Assembly (NCBI GenBank): GCA_030699785.1
Contig: JAUYLB010000040.1
Location: 1 to 36,762 of the forward strand
DNA: 36,762 nucleotides
Source of the DNA: a bacterium
GTDB taxonomy: Bacteria > Patescibacteriota > Minisyncoccia > Minisyncoccales > UBA10102
Direction: 5' to 3'
Below, piece after piece: positions 1 to 11,840 of the stretch (position 1 is the first letter of the stretch; each line of letters starts with the position of its first letter). Made by a program: the position numbers and the translations under genes. The notes under the pieces were generated by a model. The model was given only the letters and a program-made list of their open reading frames with translations. It searched no databases and was not told where the DNA came from.

Positions 1-23
1 TATGCGTGTCACAAGACACCACG

Positions 24-94
24 AGCGGGGTAGTGTAGTAGTAGCATACGAGGCCCATAACCTTGTGGCGCCGGTGCAATTCCGGCCCCCGCAA
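24..94 (+). tRNA. tRNA-like gene with CAU anticodon (Met or initiator-like), atypical
   Basis: A cloverleaf can be drawn by hand. The acceptor AGCGGGG/CCCCGCA has an A1xA72 mismatch. The anticodon stem is CGAGG/CCTTG and the loop is CCCATAA. The T arm is GCCGG-TGCAATT-CCGGC. The D loop lacks GG, and positions 33 (C) and 55 (G) are non-canonical. Confidence 0.6.
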
Positions 95-109
95 CAAATA
101 TGACTACGC

Positions 110-186
110 GCCGGCGTAGCTCAGCTGGTTAGAGCGACGGACTCATAAGCCGTAGGTCGGAGGTTCGAGTCCTCCCGCCGGCACCA
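110..186 (+). tRNA. tRNA with CAU anticodon (elongator Met or Ile2), 3' CCA encoded
   Basis: Acceptor GCCGGCG/CGCCGGC, D arm GCTCAGCTGGTTAGAGC, anticodon loop CTCATAA, T arm GGAGG-TTCGAGT-CCTCC, then ACCA. Confidence 0.85.
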
Positions 187-383
187 ACCCAGCTATGCTG
201 GGAAATGTCTAATTAACCTAATTTCTCTAATTTTCTAATCAATGACCAACCTGTCAGAAATTTTAATGCGTGGATTGAGTTGTTTGTGTTTTGAGTAGTT
301 TGTGTTCTGTGTTTTATTTGTGTTTTGTGCTTTGTGTAATTTGATATTTGGAAATTGAAGCTTCCTGCCAAAGGCAGGTAATT

Positions 384-457
384 GCGGGCGTAGCTTAGTG
401 GTTTAAAGCGCTTCCCTGTCACGGAAGAGATCGCCGGTTCAAATCCGGTCGCCCGCG
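384..457 (+). tRNA. tRNA-Asp (GUC)
   Basis: Acceptor GCGGGCG/CGCCCGC, anticodon stem CTTCC/GGAAG with loop CTGTCAC, T arm GCCGG-TTCAAAT-CCGGT. CCA is not encoded. Confidence 0.9.
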
Positions 458-475
458 CCTCACATGGTTCAATTG

Positions 476-501
476 AAAACCATCCTAAAAGGGTGGTTTT
501 C
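476..501 (+). terminator. Hairpin plus T-run downstream of tRNA-Asp
   Basis: GAAAACCATCC-TAAAA-GGGTGGTTTTC, a 10-bp stem with one G.U pair that ends in TTTT. Confidence 0.5.
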
Positions 502-503
502 TG

Positions 504-532
504 TTGCTCTGAAAGTAAAAAGGTGATATAAT
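504..532 (+). promoter_or_regulatory. Putative sigma70-type promoter of pheST with an extended -10
   Basis: TTGCTC at 504-509, a 17-nt spacer, then TGaTATAAT with TATAAT at 527-532. The pheS ATG lies 13 nt after the -10, implying a very short leader. Confidence 0.4.
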
Positions 533-545
533 TGCTCAATAGCAT

Positions 546-1613
546 ATGGATCTAGACTCCTTGGAACAAGAGGTAACTTCTGCCTTATCGCACGCTTCTT
601 CCTTAGATAAACTTGAGGAAGTTTTTCGTGCGTATCTGGGCAGAAAAGGGAAGATAACATTTCACCTTCGAGAACTGTCTCATCTCTCACCAAATGAGCG
701 AGTGAAACAAGGAAAAGCTTTAAATAACCTGCGAGACAAGATTAAAGAGCTGTATGAGGAGCAAAAACTTAAACTTCAAAAACAAGAAGGAGAAGAAGGG
801 GAATGGACCGATGTGACCGTTCCGGGAAAGCGACTTCCCACGGGACACATGCACCCTTTGAGTCGTATTCAGATGCAAGCTCAAGAGATATTTCATGGTA
901 TGGGATTTGCGGTTGCTCATGGTCCCGAAATTGAGACCGAGTGGTATAATTTTGACGCTCTCAATATGCCCGTGGACCACCCTGCCCGAGATATGCAAGA
1001 CACCTTCTGGTTAAAAGGGGAGTTAGATAAACAAAAACCAGAAAACAAGAAATCGGGCAGACTCTTGCTACGCACCCACACAAGTCCTGTGCAGGTAAGA
1101 TATATGGAGAAAAACACTCCGCCCTTCCGCATTATTGCTCCGGGTAGGGCATTTCGACACGAGGCAACAGATGCCCGACATGACGCAAATATGCATCAGT
1201 TAGAGGGACTTATGGTTGGAAAAGATGTCTCTGTCACCAATATGAAGGCGGTTCTAGAAGAGTTCTTTCGCCTTTTCTTTGGAGAGGGAGTCACAGCTCG
1301 TCTGCGACCCAGCTATTTTCCTTTTGTAGAACCGGGGTTTGAAGTAGATATGAGTTGCGTAATTTGCAAAGGAAGGGGCTATGTGCTGAGCGAGTCGAAG
1401 CATTGTTCTACGTGCGGGCAAGCGGGATGGATTGAGATGATGGGAGCCGGCATGGTGCATCAGAACGTTTTTACTGCCGCGGGATACAAGCAGGGAGATT
1501 GGCAAGGATTTGCCTTTGGCATGGGGTTAGACCGGCTTGCTATGATGAAGTACCAAATTCACGATATTCGACTGCTGTACAGCGGGGACCTTTCACTTCT
1601 TGATCAGTTTTAA
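546..1613 (+). CDS. pheS: Phenylalanine--tRNA ligase alpha subunit
   Basis: 355-aa ORF with class II aaRS motifs (FRHEATDARH, GFAFGMGLDRLAM) and a CxxC..CxxC knuckle as in Firmicute PheS. It sits immediately upstream of pheT. Confidence 0.95.
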   Translation: MDLDSLEQEVTSALSHASSLDKLEEVFRAYLGRKGKITFHLRELSHLSPNERVKQGKALNNLRDKIKELYEEQKLKLQKQEGEEGEWTDVTVPGKRLPTGHMHPLSRIQMQAQEIFHGMGFAVAHGPEIETEWYNFDALNMPVDHPARDMQDTFWLKGELDKQKPENKKSGRLLLRTHTSPVQVRYMEKNTPPFRIIAPGRAFRHEATDARHDANMHQLEGLMVGKDVSVTNMKAVLEEFFRLFFGEGVTARLRPSYFPFVEPGFEVDMSCVICKGRGYVLSESKHCSTCGQAGWIEMMGAGMVHQNVFTAAGYKQGDWQGFAFGMGLDRLAMMKYQIHDIRLLYSGDLSLLDQF

Positions 1614-1618
1614 CTACT

Positions 1619-5619
<4,001 letters not shown>

Positions 5620-5690
5620 CTAAAATTGACAAGAAGCCTTCTTTCTGGTAGTCTTACCAGGAGATGGCCTAAGGGCTGTTTTTTAAAATC

Positions 5691-5885
5691 ATGGAAAAAT
5701 CAACAACAAAGATATCAACCTTTTTTAGAGAGGTAAAAATGGAGGCAAAAAAGGTGAGCTGGCCCACTCGGGAGCACGTAGTACGCAGCACTCTTATTGT
5801 ACTTGGATTCGCTATTGCAATTGCTGCTTTTCTTGGGTTTCTTGATTTTATACTTACCCGTATCTTGCAACGCTTCTTTCTTTAA
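5691..5885 (+). CDS. secE: Preprotein translocase subunit SecE
   Basis: 64 aa with FFREVKMEAKKVSWPT followed by a single TM helix. The conserved position directly upstream of nusG supports the call. Confidence 0.85.
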   Translation: MEKSTTKISTFFREVKMEAKKVSWPTREHVVRSTLIVLGFAIAIAAFLGFLDFILTRILQRFFL

Positions 5886-5890
5886 TTTTC

Positions 5891-6436
5891 ATGGCAAAGC
5901 AGCAGCTTACTCAAGAAAAGAACTGGTACGTTATTCATACCTATTCAGGGTATGAGGATGCCGTTGCTCGCAATTTGCGTCAGCGCATTGAGTCTCTGGG
6001 CATGGAAGAGAAAATCTTTACTGTCTTGGTTCCCAAAGAAAAGAAGATAAAGATAAAAAATGGAAAGCGCAAGTTGGTGGAAGAAAAGATCTATCCAGGA
6101 TATGTGCTGGTGGAAATGATCGTAACCGACGACTCCTGGTATATTGTGCGCAACACGCCAAATGTAACTGGATTTGTGGGGTCGGGCACCACGCCAATCC
6201 CTGTTTCACTAGAAGAGATTGAACAGCTTAAGAAGCGCATGGGAGAAGATACTCCCAAATATCATATCGAAGTGGCAGAAGGAGATGCCGTGCAAATCAT
6301 CGATGGCCCATTCAAAGAATTTGACGGAAAGGTTTCGGATGTTGACATGAAGCGGGGAAAGATCAAGGTGCTTATCAATATGTTTGGCAGAGACACCCCC
6401 GTAGAACTTGATTCTCTGCAGATAAAGAAATTATAA
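5891..6436 (+). CDS. nusG: Transcription termination/antitermination factor NusG
   Basis: 181 aa with WYVIHTYSGYE at the N-terminus and a C-terminal KOW region (GDAVQIIDGPFKEFDGKV). Confidence 0.95.
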   Translation: MAKQQLTQEKNWYVIHTYSGYEDAVARNLRQRIESLGMEEKIFTVLVPKEKKIKIKNGKRKLVEEKIYPGYVLVEMIVTDDSWYIVRNTPNVTGFVGSGTTPIPVSLEEIEQLKKRMGEDTPKYHIEVAEGDAVQIIDGPFKEFDGKVSDVDMKRGKIKVLINMFGRDTPVELDSLQIKKL

Positions 6437-6443
6437 CAAATTT

Positions 6444-6866
6444 ATGGCAAAGGCAATCAAAAAAATCATAAAACTGCACATCAAAGCGGGGGAAGCCACA
6501 CCAGCGCCTCCCGTGGGTCCGGCGCTTGCTCAACACGGCGTGAACATTGGCGAATTCTGCCAAAAATTCAACGCGCTTACCAAAGAAAAGCAGGGATCAA
6601 AAATCCCAACAGAAGTATTTGTATACGGAGATCGCACATACGACATTGTATTGCATGAACCTCCTGCTTCCGAACTCCTAAGAAAGATTGCGAAGATAGA
6701 AAAAGGATCCGGTCAGCCAAACAAAAAGAAAGTTGCCACTATCACCCAAGAGCAGCTGCAAGAGGTGGCTCAGCAAAAGATGCCAGACTTGAACACCACA
6801 GACATCGCGCAAGCCATGAAAACGGTTGGGGGCACGGCAAAGAGCATGGGCATTGAGGTAAAGTAG
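6444..6866 (+). CDS. rplK: 50S ribosomal protein L11
   Basis: 140 aa with KLHIKAGEATPAPPVGPALAQHGVNIGEFCQKFN. Confidence 0.96.
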   Translation: MAKAIKKIIKLHIKAGEATPAPPVGPALAQHGVNIGEFCQKFNALTKEKQGSKIPTEVFVYGDRTYDIVLHEPPASELLRKIAKIEKGSGQPNKKKVATITQEQLQEVAQQKMPDLNTTDIAQAMKTVGGTAKSMGIEVK

Positions 6867-6904
6867 TAGCAAAAAACCGAGCAATAAACTCGGTTTTTTG
6901 CTAC
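6866..6904 (+). terminator. Intrinsic, bidirectional-type terminator after rplK
   Basis: GTAGCAAAAAACCGAG-CAATAAA-CTCGGTTTTTTGCTAC, a perfect 16-bp stem with an A-tract and T-tract inside it. Confidence 0.8.
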
Positions 6905-6940
6905 TTGTTCTTCCGTAAAAAATTCGGTATACTTAGGTTT

Positions 6941-7453
6941 ATGGAACAACAAATCAGAAGATTTCCTTTATATCCTCCACGTCCCACCTGGGACGAGTAT
7001 TTTATGATGATGGCCAAGTTAGTTGCTGTGATGGCAACGTGCCCAAAGCGTCACGTAGGAGCAGTGGTGGTAAAAAACCGCCGCATTATAACCACAGGAT
7101 TTAACGGAGCTCCTCCGGGTCTTCCTCACTGCACAGAAGTGGGCTGTCTTATATTTGAAGACGAAGGGACATCCTGTCACCGTGTTCTTCACGCAGAACA
7201 TAATGCCGTACTGCAGGATTCCGGAAAGCTAGAGGGGGGAACTCTCTACACCTCGTACATCCCTTGCTTGAATTGCATGAAGGCAATAATTGCCGCAAAG
7301 ATCAAAGAAATTGTATACGAGAAAGAAACTCCTAATGCCGCAAAGCGTTACGAAGAAGCCCGCACATTTGCTTCTCAAGCAGGCATTGCTCTTAGAAAAA
7401 TCCCTCCCGTGGATATTGCAGGCTATCTTGCAAAGCACGAACAAACCCACTAG
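6941..7453 (+). CDS. Deoxycytidylate (dCMP) deaminase, ComEB/Dctd family
   Basis: Zinc motifs HAEHNAV and PCLNCMKAI. The ATG at 6941 is preferred over the TTG at 6905, which lies inside the rplK terminator. Confidence 0.88.
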   Translation: MEQQIRRFPLYPPRPTWDEYFMMMAKLVAVMATCPKRHVGAVVVKNRRIITTGFNGAPPGLPHCTEVGCLIFEDEGTSCHRVLHAEHNAVLQDSGKLEGGTLYTSYIPCLNCMKAIIAAKIKEIVYEKETPNAAKRYEEARTFASQAGIALRKIPPVDIAGYLAKHEQTH

Positions 7454-7464
7454 GTGTTTGTCTA

Positions 7465-7524
7465 CCTTGATTCGGTTAAGTTATCCACACCTTGTCCGAA
7501 TCAAGGAAATATTGTGCGACATTA
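7465..7524 (+). repeat. DnaA-box hairpin repeat, copy G1
   Basis: The CCTTGATTCGG / CCGAATCAAGG stem encloses AAGTTATCCACACCTTG, with TTATCCACA at 7481-7489, and is followed by AAATATTGTGCGACATTA. It is related to 18878-18952. Confidence 0.7.
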
Positions 7525-7550
7525 TGTCATTTCCAACCATCCGTGTCATT

Positions 7551-7582
7551 CCCTGCCAGGTACTATTTAATACCTGGCAGGG
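7551..7582. other. Perfect 12-bp stem hairpin in the convergent intergenic region
   Basis: CCCTGCCAGGTA-CTATTTAA-TACCTGGCAGGG. Its 3' arm overlaps an alternative stem, CAGGGTA (7578-7584) with TACCCTG (7593-7599). Confidence 0.6.
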
Positions 7583-7671
7583 TATAGTATTGTACCCTGC
7601 TTGACTGGGAATCCAGTGATGGGGTCAAAGTACTGGATCCCCGCTTTCGCGGGGATGACAAAACAGGGCTT

Positions 7672-8664
7672 TTAATTCAAAGATTTCACAAACTTTTTGT
7701 GAGCTTCGGTAACAACACCTCCAGAAACAGTAAGATCTCCTTTAATGGCGGGGTGTGGATCGTAGCCTTCAAGCGTAGCGTGCTCTGGCACAAAGGAGTT
7801 TATGTCTTTTGTCTCATCGCTAATAGAAACTTTAGGGAATGGACGTGGCTCTCGTTCTAGCTGAAGGAGAGCAGCTTCTTTATGGTTGTCATATATATGC
7901 ACATCACCAAATGTGTGCACAAATTCTCCCGGCTTATACCCTGTGATCTTCGCGGCAACGGCAAGTAAAAGAGCGTAGCTTCCGATATTGAACGGAACTC
8001 CAAGAAAAATATCCGCGCTCCGCTGGTAAAGTTGAAGACAAAGTCTGCCATCTTTCACATTAAATTGAAACATATTGTGACAGATAGGGAAGCGAGAAGC
8101 CTTTTCCGGCGTTGCCATTTTATAAAGATATTCAGGATTCCATGAGGTAACAACGGCGTTATGGCAAGCAGGATCTCTCTTCACCTCATTCAATGCCCAA
8201 GAGAGCTGATCAATAGTACGTCCGTCTTGTGTTGGCCATGCCCGCCATAACTCTCCATATATGTAGCGGAGTGTCCCGTGTTCTTTGGCAAAGACTTCAT
8301 CTTGTGAGATTTTTTCAATGAATTCTTCTTTCTCAAGCTTTTTGTTCGCTCCACTCTCTATTTTTTCCAAGTACAATTTATACGGATAATCATCCCAAAT
8401 ATGCACGTTATTATCTACTAAATACTTTATATTATTTTGTCCCGAAAAGAACCAATAGAGTTCTTGAAGAACTCCCTTCCAGTATACCTTTTTTGTCGTC
8501 AGCAAGGGAAAGCCGTCTTTTTCTAAATCGAAACGAATTTGGCGCCCAAAAAGACTCCAGGTAACAGCTTCTGTATGCTCATCAATCTGTTTGTCTCCAT
8601 GCTCTAAAATCTCTCGCATGAGGTTAAGATACTGGTATTCCGGATGTTGAGTATTGTTAGTCAT
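7672..8664 (-). CDS. thyA: Thymidylate synthase (ThyA type)
   Basis: Contains LQELYWFFSG, the active-site region RFPICHNMFQFNV, QRSADIFLGVPFNI and GYDPHPAIK. The start is taken at MTNNTQ (8664) rather than the ORF-track 8718. It carries a Lactobacillus-like internal insert and a roughly 18-aa C-terminal tail. Confidence 0.93.
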   Translation of the reverse strand: MTNNTQHPEYQYLNLMREILEHGDKQIDEHTEAVTWSLFGRQIRFDLEKDGFPLLTTKKVYWKGVLQELYWFFSGQNNIKYLVDNNVHIWDDYPYKLYLEKIESGANKKLEKEEFIEKISQDEVFAKEHGTLRYIYGELWRAWPTQDGRTIDQLSWALNEVKRDPACHNAVVTSWNPEYLYKMATPEKASRFPICHNMFQFNVKDGRLCLQLYQRSADIFLGVPFNIGSYALLLAVAAKITGYKPGEFVHTFGDVHIYDNHKEAALLQLEREPRPFPKVSISDETKDINSFVPEHATLEGYDPHPAIKGDLTVSGGVVTEAHKKFVKSLN

Positions 8665-8710
8665 TATGATAGGATACCAAGTGAAAAAGGGAGAGTCAAT
8701 ACTACGCACA

Positions 8711-9211
8711 ATGCACACATTTCTTATTGCTGCAATTTCAGCAGACGGATTTATTGCCCCATCAGATGGTATTTCTCAACCCTCTACGGCATGGACAAGC
8801 GGAGCCGACAAGAAATTCTTTACTCAAAGAACAAAAGAGGCCGGAGTCATGATTATGGGGTCTCGCACCTACGAGACTATTGGCAGACCACTCCCGGGCC
8901 GTCATACAATTGTGTACTCAAAAAACAAAACATACGGGGAAGTTGAAACAACCAGTCAAGACCCAATGACTGTTCTTGAAGATTTAGAAAAGAGAGGGTA
9001 CAAGGAGGTGGCCATATGCGGAGGAGCAAGTATCTATACCCTGTTTATGGAGGCAGGTCTTGTGCAGACGCTTTATCTTACTGTGGAGCCTATTGTGTTT
9101 GGACAAGGAGTCTCCCTGTTTTCAAAACCAATATTTGCAAATCTTGCGCTACGAAAGATAATAACACTAAAAGAGCATTCACTCCTCATTGAATATGGTA
9201 TTGGGAATTAA
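8711..9211 (+). CDS. folA: Dihydrofolate reductase (FolA / RibD_C superfamily)
   Basis: MHTFLIAAISADGFIA ... IMGSRTYETIGRPLPGRHTIVYS ... ICGGASIY ... LYLT. It is divergent from thyA across a 46-bp spacer. The start is taken at 8711 within ORF 8654..9211. Confidence 0.75.
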   Translation: MHTFLIAAISADGFIAPSDGISQPSTAWTSGADKKFFTQRTKEAGVMIMGSRTYETIGRPLPGRHTIVYSKNKTYGEVETTSQDPMTVLEDLEKRGYKEVAICGGASIYTLFMEAGLVQTLYLTVEPIVFGQGVSLFSKPIFANLALRKIITLKEHSLLIEYGIGN

Positions 9212-9734
9212 AGAACTTCATAGGCTAGTAAAAGAAGAAAACCTTGTGGAAGGACTGTCCAACAGGGAACTTGAGAATCCGGAGGGTGCTGGATTTGATC
9301 TGCGCATCGGAGAGCTTTTTGAAATCTCTGGAAAAGGATTTCTTGGTGTGGATGAGAGAGAAACCCCCAACATGATTTCTGTCGCAACATTTAAAGAAGG
9401 AGACAGGATCAAAGTCTCTCTCAAACCAAACACATACTACCTTATGAAAACCGTTGAGTCGGTTACAATGCCAGAAGACCTTTTGGCCATGATGACTCCT
9501 CGCTCTACATTGTTTCGCTCCGGTGTGTATTTATTTGGAGGACAAGTCCCCCCTGGCTATCAAGGCGGACTCAATATGGGACTCTATAACTTTCGAAATG
9601 AAGAGTTTGAGCTAGAGATGGGAGCTCGTGTCGCCCATATTATGTTCTTTGAGGTTAAGGGAAAAGGAAATCTCTATCGGGGACAATGGCAGGGCGGCAG
9701 AGTTACTACAAAAGAAAAGGAGCAACAAGTATAA
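9189..9734 (+). CDS. dCTP deaminase-like protein (dUTPase superfamily)
   Basis: 181 aa showing the dCTP deaminase pattern: GFDLRIG ... YYLMKTVESVTMPEDLLAMMTPRSTLFRSG ... PPGYQGGLNMGLYN ... GARVAHIMFFEV. Confidence 0.75.
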   Translation: MNMVLGIKELHRLVKEENLVEGLSNRELENPEGAGFDLRIGELFEISGKGFLGVDERETPNMISVATFKEGDRIKVSLKPNTYYLMKTVESVTMPEDLLAMMTPRSTLFRSGVYLFGGQVPPGYQGGLNMGLYNFRNEEFELEMGARVAHIMFFEVKGKGNLYRGQWQGGRVTTKEKEQQV

Positions 9735-9738
9735 TTCC

Positions 9739-10413
9739 GTGAAAAAACATCAGCTCGAAGGAAAACTGATCGTGTTTGAGGGGATTGATGGCTCAGGAAA
9801 ATCAACTCAAGCAAGGATGCTTCTGGATCGTTTGGAACGCGAAGGATACGAAGCAAGACATATTCATTTTCCGCAGTATAAAACCAAAGCGGGAGGATTG
9901 GTAGAAAACTATCTCGAAGGAAGGTATGGCAATGCCGACTCCTATCAAGCATCTCTATTGTACTCTGTAGACAGATTTGACGCAGGATTCAAGATGAGGG
10001 AGTGGCTTAAAAAAGGATTTGTTGTGGTTTCCGACAGGTATGTCGCTTCAAATATAGGACACCAGGGCGGCAAAATAAAGAACAAAGAGAAGAGAGAGGA
10101 ATTTTTTCGATGGCTATATCATATGGAGTACCTATTATTGAAGGTGCCCAAACCGCAAAAATCCTTCCTGTTGATGATGCCTCCAAATATAGCTCATCGG
10201 CTCACACTTGATCTGGCAAAGAAGGTCGGGAAAAAACTGGATATTCATGAGAAAAGCATCGTTCATTTGAAAAATGCGGAAAAAGCATACGTTCATTTCG
10301 CGAAACTGTTTCCAAAAATATTCCATATCATAAACAGCATAGATAAGATGGGTAAGCTTCTTTCTCCTCAAAGCATTCACGAAGAAGTATGGAAAAATAT
10401 ATTCCCACAATAG
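9739..10413 (+). CDS. tmk: Thymidylate kinase
   Basis: P-loop FEGIDGSGKSTQ, DRY motif SDRYVASNIGHQ. A GTG start at 9739, just after the dcd-like stop, is preferred over the overlapping ATG at 9628. Confidence 0.85.
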   Translation: MKKHQLEGKLIVFEGIDGSGKSTQARMLLDRLEREGYEARHIHFPQYKTKAGGLVENYLEGRYGNADSYQASLLYSVDRFDAGFKMREWLKKGFVVVSDRYVASNIGHQGGKIKNKEKREEFFRWLYHMEYLLLKVPKPQKSFLLMMPPNIAHRLTLDLAKKVGKKLDIHEKSIVHLKNAEKAYVHFAKLFPKIFHIINSIDKMGKLLSPQSIHEEVWKNIFPQ

Positions 10414-11840
10414 GTCTTGAAATCCACGCAGAACTCAATACCAAGAGCAAGATGTTTTGTTCGTGTCCAAACACGTCGCTGGAAAACGAGCCAAACACAA
10501 ACATTTGCCCCGTATGTATGGGACACCCCGGCACTCTTCCGGTTGCAAATATTGAGGCTATCCGCAAGATCCTGCTGGTAGGCAGGGCGCTTGAGTGTGA
10601 ATTGGCTTCTGTATCCAAATTTGACCGTAAGCACTACTTTTACCCCGATCTGCCAAAAGGATATCAAATTTCTCAATATGATATGCCTTTGTGCGAAAGA
10701 GGAGTCTTGGATATTGAGGGAAAGGTTGTGCGAATCACTCGTATTCATTTAGAAGAAGACGCGGGAAAGCTTTTGCACCCGTCAGGCTCTTCCCATACCC
10801 TTGTAGATTACAACAGAGCAGGCGCCCCATTAATGGAGCTGGTAACAGAACCCGATCTCTCGTCGGCAAGCGAAGCTCGAGTGTTTGCCCAGGAGCTACA
10901 ACTTGTCTTGCGCTACTTAAAAGCATCGGATGCTGATATGGAAAAGGGGCAAATGCGTATCGAAGCAAACATCTCAATCCGCCCCAAAGGAACAGAAACA
11001 TTAGGAACAAAAGTAGAGGTAAAAAACCTCAACTCATTCAGAAATGTGGAACAGGCAATATCCTACGAACTAAAACGTCAAGAAGAACTTTTAAAGAGTG
11101 GGGGAGTAATCATTCAGGAAACAAGAGGATGGGATGAAAAAAAAGGAGAAACATACCTTCAGCGCGAAAAAGAAGAAGCTCATGATTATCGATACTTCCC
11201 TGAACCCGACCTTCCTCCCATTATGATATCTGAAGATGAATTGAACGGCATTTCAGCCCTTGTGCCCGAACTTCCCGTTGCTCGCAGAAAACGCTTTCAA
11301 GAAGAGTTTAGTATTTCAGCAAGCGAAACCGAACTCTTTGTTCAGCTCAAAGAACTTGGAGAGTATTTTGAAAAAGTAGTGAGCGAATTCGGAGAACAAC
11401 TCTCTTTTGGTATTCTTTCCAGGCAAATTCACCTAGCCGTAAACTATATGCAATCCGATCTTATCGGCATTCTAAGGGGAAGAACTGTTACTGACCAGAG
11501 CGTGCGCCTTACCCCAGAAAATTTTGCCGAGCTTATTATTCTTCTTCAAGAGGAAAAAATTTCCAGCGCTATTGCCAAATCTCTACTCAAAGAGATGGTA
11601 GAGACGGGAGCTGACCCAAGTAACCTCCTTGAAGACAGAGGTATTGCGCTTATCAAAGACAAAAACGAGGTAGAACACATTGCTAAAGAGATTATTGTTA
11701 AAAACCCCAAGGCAGTAGAGGATTTTAAGAACGGAAAAGAAAACGCCCTCCAATTCTTGGTAGGGCAGATGATGGGCGCCACAAAAGGAGCTGTAAGTCC
11801 CGAAGGCGCGAGAGACATTCTTAAAAAACTATTGATTTAA
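10389..11840 (+). CDS. gatB: Asp/Glu-tRNA(Asn/Gln) amidotransferase subunit B
   Basis: 483 aa with IGLEIHAELNTKSKMFCSC, PVCMGHPGTLP, DRKHYFYPDLPKGYQISQ and a C-terminal YqeY-like domain. Confidence 0.95.
   Translation: MEKYIPTIGLEIHAELNTKSKMFCSCPNTSLENEPNTNICPVCMGHPGTLPVANIEAIRKILLVGRALECELASVSKFDRKHYFYPDLPKGYQISQYDMPLCERGVLDIEGKVVRITRIHLEEDAGKLLHPSGSSHTLVDYNRAGAPLMELVTEPDLSSASEARVFAQELQLVLRYLKASDADMEKGQMRIEANISIRPKGTETLGTKVEVKNLNSFRNVEQAISYELKRQEELLKSGGVIIQETRGWDEKKGETYLQREKEEAHDYRYFPEPDLPPIMISEDELNGISALVPELPVARRKRFQEEFSISASETELFVQLKELGEYFEKVVSEFGEQLSFGILSRQIHLAVNYMQSDLIGILRGRTVTDQSVRLTPENFAELIILLQEEKISSAIAKSLLKEMVETGADPSNLLEDRGIALIKDKNEVEHIAKEIIVKNPKAVEDFKNGKENALQFLVGQMMGATKGAVSPEGARDILKKLLI

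Noticed and set aside
213-693. ORFs 213..545 (-) and 469..693 (-).
   Set aside because: They run antisense across the low-complexity GT tract, tRNA-Asp and the pheS start. They have no Shine-Dalgarno site, and the peptide composition is implausible.
5627-5690. A possible secE promoter (TTGACA at 5627 with TAGTCT 17 nt downstream) and a gyrB terminator.
   Set aside because: The -10 match is poor (3/6), and the hairpins (CTGGTA/TACCAG, GCC/GGC) are short and lack a convincing U-tract. The evidence is too weak to list as a feature.
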